A stretch of 50,251 bases of DNA from an uncultured Spartobacteria bacterium (GTDB taxonomy: Bacteria > Verrucomicrobiota > Verrucomicrobiia > Chthoniobacterales > Chthoniobacteraceae): positions 1-50,251 of the forward strand of contig CAIWVL010000043.1 in assembly GCA_903916085.1 (NCBI GenBank). Reading direction: 5' to 3'. The notes below the pieces were generated by a model, which saw only the letters and a program-made list of their open reading frames with translations, had not been told where the DNA came from and searched no databases. Below, one piece after another: positions 1-8,900 of this stretch; the first letter of the stretch is position 1; each line of letters starts with the position of its first letter. The translations under genes and the position numbers were made by a program.

Positions 1-39
1 CCGATCTGAGTCCGTCTGGCGGCTTTTGGTGCGAATGGA

Positions 40-1239
40 ATGGCATGGTCCGATCTGAATGCGCACTTGGCGCATCCCAACATCGAGCTTGTGACGGTCG
101 CGGAAGTGGACTTAGACCGACTGAGCAAGCTAACGCAGCGATTCCCGGACAACTCGATCCGGATTTATCAGGACTGGCGGCAGTTACTCGATAATGAGGC
201 GCGCAACATCGACGCCGTCACCATTGGCACGCCTGATCACATGCATGCTCCGATCGCGCTTTCTGCGATGGAACAAGGGCTGCATGCATATGTGCAAAAA
301 CCTTTGGCGCACGACGTGTTTGAAGTCCGCCGCATGGCAGCCATGGCGCGGGAGAAAAAGCTCCACACCCAGATGGGCATCCAGATTCATTCCTCAGGCC
401 AATACCGGACAGCCGTGGAACTCATTCGCTCTGGGGTGATTGGCAAGGTTCGTGAAGTCCACACCTGGAGTAACAAAAAGTGGGGCGATTCCGCGCCCCT
501 CCCCGCCCAGGCGGATCCGGTGCCCTCAGGATTGGACTGGGATACGTGGCTCGGCGTAGTCGGGCAGCGCGAATTTGTGAAAGGCGCGTACCATCCGGGC
601 GCGTGGCGCAAGCGGCTCGACTTTGGGACGGGCACGTTTGGAGACATGGGGTGCCACATCTACGACCCAGTGGTGGATGCGTTGCAGTTGGGCTCGCCCC
701 TGAGCGTGCGCAGCGAAGGCCCGGCCCCCAACGAATGGAGCTGGGCCACGAACGCTATCATTCACTATGTTTTTCCGGGAACCACATTTACGGAAGGCGC
801 GACGGTGGCGGTGACCTGGTACGACGGCGATGCCCGGCCCACGGAGGAAGTGAAGGCCCTGCTGGAAGGTCAGCCTTTGCCTGAACAAGGTTCCGTGTTC
901 ATCGGCACCAAAGGCCAGATGGTTTTACCGCACATCGACTGGCCCAAGTTTTTCCCAACGGCAGATTTCAAGGATTTCCAGTACACACGCATGGACGGAG
1001 GGAACCATTACTTCCAGTTTGTGGATGCCATTCTGGGTGGGACACCGACGACGGCTGGGTTCGACTACTCTGGGCCTCTTACGGAGACGGTGCTGCTGGG
1101 TGGGCTGGCGACATTTCATCCCAAGACGACGCTCCTCTGGGACGCGGCAAAGCTTCAGTTCAGCAATCAACCCGAGGCCAACGCCCGCGTTCGCCGCCGT
1201 TACCGAAAGGGCTGGGAAATCGCGGCGATGGAAGTGTAG
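40..1239 (+). CDS. Gfo/Idh/MocA family oxidoreductase
   Basis: 399-aa ORF with the family core GTPDHMHAPIALSAMEQGLHAYVQKPLA (E/QKP motif) and the usual C-terminal alpha/beta domain. The first ATG is at 40. The in-frame codons 10-39 (VRLAAFGANG) look like the Rossmann beta1/Gly-loop, but they follow a TGA at 7-9 and contain no ATG/GTG/TTG. The true N-terminus is therefore uncertain. Confidence 0.8.
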   Translation: MAWSDLNAHLAHPNIELVTVAEVDLDRLSKLTQRFPDNSIRIYQDWRQLLDNEARNIDAVTIGTPDHMHAPIALSAMEQGLHAYVQKPLAHDVFEVRRMAAMAREKKLHTQMGIQIHSSGQYRTAVELIRSGVIGKVREVHTWSNKKWGDSAPLPAQADPVPSGLDWDTWLGVVGQREFVKGAYHPGAWRKRLDFGTGTFGDMGCHIYDPVVDALQLGSPLSVRSEGPAPNEWSWATNAIIHYVFPGTTFTEGATVAVTWYDGDARPTEEVKALLEGQPLPEQGSVFIGTKGQMVLPHIDWPKFFPTADFKDFQYTRMDGGNHYFQFVDAILGGTPTTAGFDYSGPLTETVLLGGLATFHPKTTLLWDAAKLQFSNQPEANARVRRRYRKGWEIAAMEV

Positions 1240-1457
1240 CGGAGAGGTAAGGGTGACATGTTGGGGCACTAGAATGCGCAATACGATGACTCGTAATGAA
1301 AATGTAATCCGAAGAGCCGGAGGCACTGACCATTGTAGTGCTGTGTGAGAGACCATTAATCCCCATGGATGTCGCGTAAGATCCTTCATTGCACCCGTAA
1401 CTCCCTATCCAACACGCCCGGTCTTGCGAGATGCGCTCACGCCAGGCACAAAGCGTC

Positions 1458-2693
1458 ATGCTGATTCGGGCCCGTGTTGTTTTACCCATGACCAGTCCGG
1501 CTCTGGCTCAAGGAGCCGTGCGGGTAGAAGGTGCACGGATCTGCGAGGTGAGCCGGGCGGCGGACCTGTTACCGACGACAGGCGAGACGGTTGTGGAGTT
1601 GGGAGATGCAGTGCTACTGCCGGGGCTGATCAATGCGCACTGTCATCTGGACTACTCGACGCTACGCAATGCGATTGCTCCGCCCTCGGGGTTCACCGAA
1701 TGGGTACAAAGAATCAATTCCATCAAGCGACAGCTTTCGGACGAGGACGTTCTGGAGGCCATTCGTCGTGGGTATGCCGAAGCACGGCGCTTCGGAACCA
1801 CCACAGTCTGCAGCATGGCAGCGTTTCCCGATCTGATCCCTGAATTGCCACCAGCTCCCCTCAGGACTTGGTGGTTCTATGAGATGATCGACATCCGGCA
1901 TCGGATCACCTCCGAGGAGGTTGTTGCCGGGGCGCTTTCCTTCTTTGACCAAAGCCAAAACGCGCTCACCCAATTTGGACTTAACCCGCACGCACCGTAC
2001 ACGGCCTCCCTGCTTCTTTACCGGCTCGCGCGCGCCTGTGCCCAACAGAACGGGATGCTTCTCACCACCCACCTGTCAGAGTCCTTGGAAGAAACGGCGA
2101 TGTTTGCGGACGGCAACGGAGCGTTGCATCAGTTTTTGGAGGGGCTCGGCCGTCCCATGCACGATTGCGGGCACGACACGCCCTTTGGTTGGCTGTGGCG
2201 GAATGGGGCCATTGGCAAAGGGTGGATTCTAGCGCACCTAAACGACCTCAGAGCCTCTGATTTTTCGCTTCTGGAAACAATTGCACCGGAACATTTTCCA
2301 CACGTAGTGCACTGTCCTGGCAGCCACGCCTATTTCAAACATCCACACTTTGCTTTCACAAAACTGGCCGGCTTGGGGGTGAACATCTGTGTCGGCACAG
2401 ACAGCTTGGCCAGCACGGACTCTCTCAGCCTGCTCTCGGAATTACGTCGCCTCCAGGCGCTCGAACTGGGCCTCTCTCCAGAAGATTTGCTCCACACCAT
2501 AACGCTGGCCCCAGCGCGCGCCCTCCGCCAAGAAGGCCAATTGGGATGCATCGCCCCTGGCGCATTGGCTGATTTGATCGCCATTCCGTTTACGGGAGAT
2601 CCAGAAGAGGCGGCCGCCGCTTGTGTCGCCTACCCCGGAGTCATCTCTTGGATGATGGTGGATGGAAAAATCTCGGGGCTTGAGGCAGTATAA
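1458..2693 (+). CDS. amidohydrolase superfamily protein (chlorohydrolase / deaminase-like)
   Basis: ORF 1431-2693. I prefer ATG 1458 (MLIRARVVLPM...). Metal-ligand signatures of the amidohydrolase fold are present: LLPGLINAHCHLDYS (HxH), TTHLSES, ILAHLND, CVGTDSLAS. The substrate cannot be told from sequence alone. Confidence 0.8.
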   Translation: MLIRARVVLPMTSPALAQGAVRVEGARICEVSRAADLLPTTGETVVELGDAVLLPGLINAHCHLDYSTLRNAIAPPSGFTEWVQRINSIKRQLSDEDVLEAIRRGYAEARRFGTTTVCSMAAFPDLIPELPPAPLRTWWFYEMIDIRHRITSEEVVAGALSFFDQSQNALTQFGLNPHAPYTASLLLYRLARACAQQNGMLLTTHLSESLEETAMFADGNGALHQFLEGLGRPMHDCGHDTPFGWLWRNGAIGKGWILAHLNDLRASDFSLLETIAPEHFPHVVHCPGSHAYFKHPHFAFTKLAGLGVNICVGTDSLASTDSLSLLSELRRLQALELGLSPEDLLHTITLAPARALRQEGQLGCIAPGALADLIAIPFTGDPEEAAAACVAYPGVISWMMVDGKISGLEAV

Positions 2694-2702
2694 GGGGCTT
2701 CC

Positions 2703-3641
2703 ATGCGTTTGCGCCGATTGTTCACCCCCATTTTCGCCGTTTTTCTAGCGTTATCCGCTTCATCTGAAGGAGCTTCAAAGAAAAAGCACGCCCCTGCACA
2801 TCAACCGAAGCCCGTTAAAAAAGTGGCCCCGAAACCCGCGCCGGAGAAGCCGGAGTCAGGCGACGACGATGAAGATGAGGACGATGATTTGAGTCTCGCG
2901 GCACGGGGTGCTATCGTGATTGACACGTTGAGCGGGAGGCCTTTGTACCAGAAAAATGCAGACGGACGTTTCTTTCCCGCAAGCACGACTAAAATCATGA
3001 CGGGACTTCTGGTGATTGAAGCGGGCCACCTCGACGAGACGGTGGAAATCACCATGGAAGACGCCCGAGTGGGGGAAAGCAGCCTCAACATCCGACCTGG
3101 CGAACAGTTTACACGCCGCCAGATGCTGTACGGGCTACTGCTCAAGAGTGCCAATGACGTCGCCGCCGCATTGGGGCGCGACAACGGAGGGAGCATTGAA
3201 GCTTTCGCCCAAAAGATGACTCAACGCGCCAGAGAGTTGGGCTGCACAAACACACAATTCGCCAATCCCCACGGACTCCACAACCCGGGCCACTACACCA
3301 CTCCACGTGATTTGGCGATTATCGCTCGGGCGGCCATGGGGCAGCCGATGTTTCGGCAGATTGTCGGCACTAAACAAGCCCGGTGGGAGGCACCCTCAGG
3401 GTCGCGGTTACTGACAAACCACAATCGGTTGTTGGATCGCTTTTCAGGCTGCAATGGAATCAAAACCGGGTACACAGTGCCCGCTCAGCAGGTGTTAGCG
3501 AGCTCGGCTTACCGCGATGGCAAAGAGGCGATCGCTGTAGTGATGCACACCGACAAACCGGGGATCTGGGAAGACAGCGCAAAGTTGCTGGAATTTGGGC
3601 TGCGCCACAGTGGCGAAAGCGGGCCTGTGGCTGGCAAGTGA
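2703..3641 (+). CDS. D-alanyl-D-alanine carboxypeptidase (peptidase S11, low-MW PBP)
   Basis: Starts 9 nt after the previous stop. It has a signal peptide (MRLRRLFTPIFAVFLALSASSEG) and a Lys/Pro-rich then Asp/Glu-rich linker. All three PBP motifs are present: SxxK (ASTTKIMT), SxN (KSANDVA), KTG (IKTGYT). Confidence 0.9.
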   Translation: MRLRRLFTPIFAVFLALSASSEGASKKKHAPAHQPKPVKKVAPKPAPEKPESGDDDEDEDDDLSLAARGAIVIDTLSGRPLYQKNADGRFFPASTTKIMTGLLVIEAGHLDETVEITMEDARVGESSLNIRPGEQFTRRQMLYGLLLKSANDVAAALGRDNGGSIEAFAQKMTQRARELGCTNTQFANPHGLHNPGHYTTPRDLAIIARAAMGQPMFRQIVGTKQARWEAPSGSRLLTNHNRLLDRFSGCNGIKTGYTVPAQQVLASSAYRDGKEAIAVVMHTDKPGIWEDSAKLLEFGLRHSGESGPVAGK

Positions 3642-3740
3642 GCCGGGAAGCATGGGGTTCCTGGGAAGCAAATGGAGCGCAAGGGAAAAGGAGCGGAGCC
3701 AAGGGTGTAGCTTCCCGTTGCCTTCAAATTGCACCCGACC

Positions 3741-4553
3741 TTAGGCGAGGAAGGCGTTCCACTGACTCTCCCAAGCCACTGTCGTGAGAGGACCGTGACC
3801 CGGGCACAGGACGGTTTCTTTGGGCAACGACAAAATCTCTTCTCGGTTGGTGCGGAGTGCGTCTACGTAAGAGACCTTGCCACCGCCTACGGAGGCTGCA
3901 AACAACGCATCGCCCACCACCGCCACAGGGCGCTCGAGGCCGCGCACCACATAGGTCGTGCCTCCCTTGGAGTGCCCCCAAGTAAGGCGGCTCCCGATCT
4001 GCAATGCGCCCACGGACCACTCGCGACCGGTTGGGAACAGCTCGCAACCGTCCAAAGGTTCAAGGGCGTTCACAAAAGCAGTCGCCCCCGTTTTAGCGCA
4101 CAGCCGGTCTAGCTCAAACACATGATCCCCATGGGTGTGCGTCAGGAAAAGGGCTTTCAGTTTCAGTCGCTGCGCGGTGAGGAAATCAAGCATGGCCGAG
4201 CAATCCGCACCGGTATCAAAGGCGACAGCCTCACCCACTGTAGCGTCCCAAACGAGATAGCTATTCACTAGCATGTCGCCAAACGGCGTTGAAAATCCAG
4301 CCAACCCCGTCACCTCGATTCCGGGCGGCACAGAACGTCCTTCGGCGAGGGCAACCAAGGCGTCCGCGTTGAGGCTCAACACCTTGGCGACCGAGCGTGC
4401 CACGGGTTCGTCCCAGACTCCATTGCGCAGAGCCACGACGGCCGAGACCTGTAGACCCGCCTTCTCAGCGACCAGGGCGTCGGACTTAAGGAGGCCGACC
4501 ATGGCCTTCCTCAAGACGTCTACAAAAGAGTCCTCCAAAGGGATCTTCATCAC
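3741..4553 (-). CDS. MBL-fold metallo-hydrolase with ~75-aa N-terminal extension
   Basis: 270-aa ORF. It carries the HxHxDH motif (LTHTHGDHVFE) and downstream His/Asp ligands (WGHSKGG, VVGDALF, CPGHGP), so it is glyoxalase-II-like. The track start at 4553 is GTG and an ATG follows immediately at 4550. It lies 23 nt downstream of the MFS gene on the same strand. Confidence 0.85.
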   Translation of the reverse strand: MMKIPLEDSFVDVLRKAMVGLLKSDALVAEKAGLQVSAVVALRNGVWDEPVARSVAKVLSLNADALVALAEGRSVPPGIEVTGLAGFSTPFGDMLVNSYLVWDATVGEAVAFDTGADCSAMLDFLTAQRLKLKALFLTHTHGDHVFELDRLCAKTGATAFVNALEPLDGCELFPTGREWSVGALQIGSRLTWGHSKGGTTYVVRGLERPVAVVGDALFAASVGGGKVSYVDALRTNREEILSLPKETVLCPGHGPLTTVAWESQWNAFLA

Positions 4554-4576
4554 CTAAACAACGGAAGGCTTGGCGC

Positions 4577-5830
4577 TTAGACTTGAGTCGGAGTTTCCTC
4601 CACGGGTTGGGAAGGCACTTTAAGAAGAAGAACGCAAATCATCGAGGCCGCTACAAGTCCAGCGGCGGCAGTGAATGCCTGCAGGTAACCAGCCTGAACA
4701 GAAGTCATCATCTCACCCATCAGGGGGCGTGCCATTTCTGAGAAACTCAACGGCAACGGCAGCACCGCCAACGCCGGGCCGAGAAACCGCCCCAAGCTTC
4801 CCGCGGACGTCATTAGTCCCATCAGTCGTCCCTGCGCGCGCCCGTGAACGTAACGCGAAGCCATCCCGCTGAGGGTGGGCGTCAGGAGACCGTTCCCCAC
4901 CGCCATCAGAGCGCAGCTCCCAAGAAAGGCACCCACTCCCGAGACCCGTGGGAGCCAGAACAGACTGCCCGCCAGACACAAAGCACCGATTGCAGCCAAC
5001 TGCTTTTCGATGTTTCGTTTCAAAAGTCGACGCAACAACCCGCCCTGAATCAGTACAGCGAGCACTCCCACATAAGCAAAGGCGTAGCTCGTCTCGCGCA
5101 GCCCCCATTGGAAATGATCCCCACAGAACAGCGCGAACAACACGTGAATGAACGCAAACCCCGTCGTCGAAAGCAATGAGGCGACTAACAATAGCGAAAT
5201 AAACCCGCCACGGCCCCCCGCGAACACCTCGCCAAGAGAGGCGTGTTCCCGAAATTCACCCCGCTTTTGCGCGGGATAAGTTTCTGGGAGCCGGAGCCAA
5301 ATGAGGATTGCGTTGATGATCGAGAGGGCCCCGGCAGCGTAGAACGGGGCGGTGTGCGAGTAACTCGCCAGGATGCCACCCAAAGCCGGACCCATAATGA
5401 ACCCCAGACCGAAAGCGGCCCCGATGACACCCATGGCGCGAGACCGTTTGTCTGGGGGCGTGACATCGGCGATGCAGGCCTGGGCGGTAGCGATGTTACC
5501 ACCGCTGGCACCGTCAATGATGCGTCCGAGAAAAAGCATCCAGGCGGCCTCAGCCTTGCCGATCACGAAAAAGCCGATGGCGGTGCCGATGACGCTCACG
5601 AGCAAGACGGGTTTCCGGCCAATACGGTCGGAGAGTTTGCCAAACAGGGGAGCTGCGAAGAGCTGCACGAGGGAAAAGATGCCGACGAGCCAGCCGAGCT
5701 GGGTGGGATTGAGGAGGAACGGTTCCGATTTCGCGTAAACCGGCAGCACTGGGATCACGATCCCAAAGCCGACCATGCTAATAAAAACCGTTAGGAAGAT
5801 GATTCCGATGGGGGAGCGGGAGGGCTGCAT
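4577..5830 (-). CDS. MFS transporter (drug/H+ antiporter-like, 12 TM)
   Basis: The ORF track start at 5872 is TTG. I prefer ATG 5828-5830 (MQPSRSPIGIIFLTVFISMVGFGIVIPVLPVY). The MFS motif A is present (GKLSDRIGRKPVLL), and hydrophobic segments recur throughout. Confidence 0.85.
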   Translation of the reverse strand: MQPSRSPIGIIFLTVFISMVGFGIVIPVLPVYAKSEPFLLNPTQLGWLVGIFSLVQLFAAPLFGKLSDRIGRKPVLLVSVIGTAIGFFVIGKAEAAWMLFLGRIIDGASGGNIATAQACIADVTPPDKRSRAMGVIGAAFGLGFIMGPALGGILASYSHTAPFYAAGALSIINAILIWLRLPETYPAQKRGEFREHASLGEVFAGGRGGFISLLLVASLLSTTGFAFIHVLFALFCGDHFQWGLRETSYAFAYVGVLAVLIQGGLLRRLLKRNIEKQLAAIGALCLAGSLFWLPRVSGVGAFLGSCALMAVGNGLLTPTLSGMASRYVHGRAQGRLMGLMTSAGSLGRFLGPALAVLPLPLSFSEMARPLMGEMMTSVQAGYLQAFTAAAGLVAASMICVLLLKVPSQPVEETPTQV

Positions 5831-5900
5831 GAGGATGTGGTAAGATTGCGCCCAGTGACGCCTAGGAAGCAATACTACTTTGAAATTCGCATTGATTACC

Positions 5901-5931
5901 TAAAAGAACCAAATCCGCCATGCCACACGGC
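5901..5931 (-). terminator. possible intrinsic terminator after the giant NHL/Ig gene
   Basis: On the - strand, 3 nt after the TAG, there is GCCGUG-UGG-CAUGGC (6-bp stem incl. one G.U, 5917-5931) followed by GGAUUUGGUUCUUUU. The stem is weak. Confidence 0.35.
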
Positions 5932-5934
5932 CTT

Positions 5935-8900
5935 CTAGTAAGGCTCGGTTGCCTTGATCAGGAGAGCCTCCACGCGTGGAGTGTCGATGCTCACGCCGGT
6001 TGAGATACTCAAAGTCGCGTGCTCCACATCGCCCGAGCCCAACGTTGTGTTGTACAGTTCAGCTGCCGTGCCGCGAATCATGAAACCAACTCCACCTGCG
6101 TCAGAATTAGGCAGGATAGCCGCAGGGAAGTTACTTTGAATAATGACACTGTAATACCGGCAGTTCAACGCCGTCTTGGAGGCAGCAAATTTTGGACTAT
6201 ACGCTGTGAGCGCGTCGACGTAGCGAATGGTCGGCTCGTTAAACTGGCCTTGGAGTAAGCCAGTATTCCAGTCTGGGGTCCAAGAGAAGCTAGGGACATC
6301 GGGGGGCTTAACGTTATTAAGCACATTGCCTGCGACGTAGGTGTATTGAGTGCCGAGTCCAGTGAGTTTAGCGATCGGGTTAGAATCGACGGCGTAGGTG
6401 TCCGAGACGGTGGCGAGTTGAATACTGGCAGTGTTTGTAAATGGCGCAGCACGCTGAGCGTTCGTGAGGGTGTTATCGAACTGGTTGCCAAACACATAAT
6501 TTTGCGTGTAGAGCGACAATCCGTTGACTGTGTCTTTGGATAGGACGCCGAGACATCCGTCCAGGACCTCCCCACTCAGGAGCAACGCACCCAGGACAGG
6601 CTCTCCGGCGGAGTCCCCTGCCCCAAGCCAGAGAGGTAATGAGGCGCTTTCAGTGACGCGCAAGAGCGCTTCGCACAAAGACTCCCCTGCCTTCATTGAA
6701 AGAGTGGAAGTCGCCCCGGGAGCAAACTTCGTAGTGTCCCCGCCATCGGATGTGGTGGGGCGTCCGGGATAACCACTGAAGGTGAAGGATTTACCGTTAG
6801 GCAGTTTGAGCAGCACGGTCGCGACTTGGGAGCTACTGACATCCACTGAAAGCACCCCTCCCTGGCCGAAGCTTTTGACATCGGTAACTCCGGCGATCTC
6901 GCGATAAACACCCGCCGTGTACTTCAGAACGCCGGTGGAAGTGTCTGTACCAACCATGCCTGGGACGCTAGCCCCAGCGGCGACGATGTCGTTAATGACG
7001 CCCTGACGCGACCCGTTGTTCCCTGCTGCAGCGGAGTACAAGGACTGGCCTGCGCTGATCGCTGGAAGGGAGTTCGGAAGGAGTGCATCGCTGAGTGTCA
7101 CATGAACCATGTTGTCGGTGAAACCGGCAATACGGTTTGTATCTGTCGGATCAAGCGCAACGGTACCTGTAATAACCCAGGGGATATTTAATCCAGACAC
7201 CGTCGTGCTGATAGAGAACCGCGCTTTCAAGTTCTGATCTAAGGCAGAAACAAAGGCGTAGGTCTTATTTTCAAGGCTGATCTGACCGCTGACGCTGCCG
7301 AGCGAGGTTATCGTGCACCGGATGTAGCCACGCAACCGTGAGGTGTCAGGCTGAGCGGCGGAAGAAGGCCAAGCCCATTCGGTATCGACCGAAGTATTGT
7401 CCCAAGGCTGATCCAAAGAGAGCAGCCCGGAGTAAATTCCGGCAGGCGAACGCCCGACATAGGGCGTTACTGTCACGGCCGTTGCAGGCATGATGAAGCC
7501 TGCGTTCTTACTCGGCAAAACAGCCAATACGTTTCCAGCGCTATCCTTTACGGACCATCTTAACACCATCTCGTTTGTGAATGGTGTGCCCGTTAGAGTG
7601 ACACGTGTTCCGGCGGCCACCGCTGCCAGGCGCGGTGCGTAGCTGAAGGATCGTAGTTTGTCCGTGTCCTCAAATTTGAGGGGCCAGAGCGTGTTGGTGG
7701 TGGTTGAATAAACAGAGGCGGTAACAATGCTCAGTGCGAGCTTAGCACTTTCCTTGGTGACACCAGAGCCGGTCACAACAACGGTGTAAGATCCGGAATC
7801 ACCAAACTTTGCACTTGTAAGGGTGTAGGTGGCGTCCGTTGCGCCTAAGATCGGCATGCCGTCTTTTTTCCATTGGAACGTGTATGCCGAAGCGTTGAAT
7901 ACCGTGCGAGTGAGCGAGCTCAATGCGCTGAGGGTGATCCGTCCACCCACCGCAACAGTGGTTAACGACGAGGCACCGACTATTGGATCCAAGGCACCAT
8001 CCACCGTAAGTTGAACTTCCTTACTTTGAACCGACCCAAGTTTGTTTGTGACGGTTACACGGTAATAACCCGATTGGTCCGCAGTGAGAATGGGAAGTTG
8101 GCAAATAGAACTACCCAAAGTACCTGTACTCTTGTTGAACGCATTGGCTGTCTTAACATTTGCGTCTATGGAGGACCAACTGGCAGTCGCCCCAGTGGTT
8201 TTACTGTACTGCCACACGTAATCAGGTGTCGGGTTGGCAGATACAACCACCTGAATGGCAGCCTGTTGCCCCGCATTAGCCCGAGCTGTACCCGCGACTG
8301 ACACCGAGGGTATCGCACTGGCGCTCACAATCTTCACGCTTGGTTGAACGCTGATAGAAGGGGCACCGCTGGCCGCAATTCCCCAACCGGCGAGGTCGGA
8401 AGAGACAAGAGAAGCTGGGATTTCGCCGGCACTGTAAGCCCCCAAAATGACAGTCCCAAGGTCATTCGTGACCTCCAAACGATACGTACCTACATCACTT
8501 GAAGCTACTTCATTTAGGTTAAGATCAATCGTTTTATTACCAGTTTTGCCTGTGGAAGGAGTCACATTTACTGCGTGCTTCACTCCATCAATCGTCACTG
8601 GGAACAAATTTTTACGCCAGGCATACGAGAACGTTGTATTGGTGCTAAATAACTTAAATTGAGCACTCAACTGCGCCGAGGGCGATTTGCTGAGATCTAG
8701 CGGCCCCGAACTTGTCGCGCCGCCCGGAAGCTGGATTCCATTAACCTTGAACGATTTAGACAAAAGCCTAGGCAAGTAACGCACGGTTACTTTCCAACTA
8801 CAGATTTGCGTGGCCGGCGTTTTCCCCGGCGCCGTGACCGTCACCTTTAAACGGTATTCGCCGGAAGCATCGTCGGAGATCTGCGGAATCTGGAGAGTCG

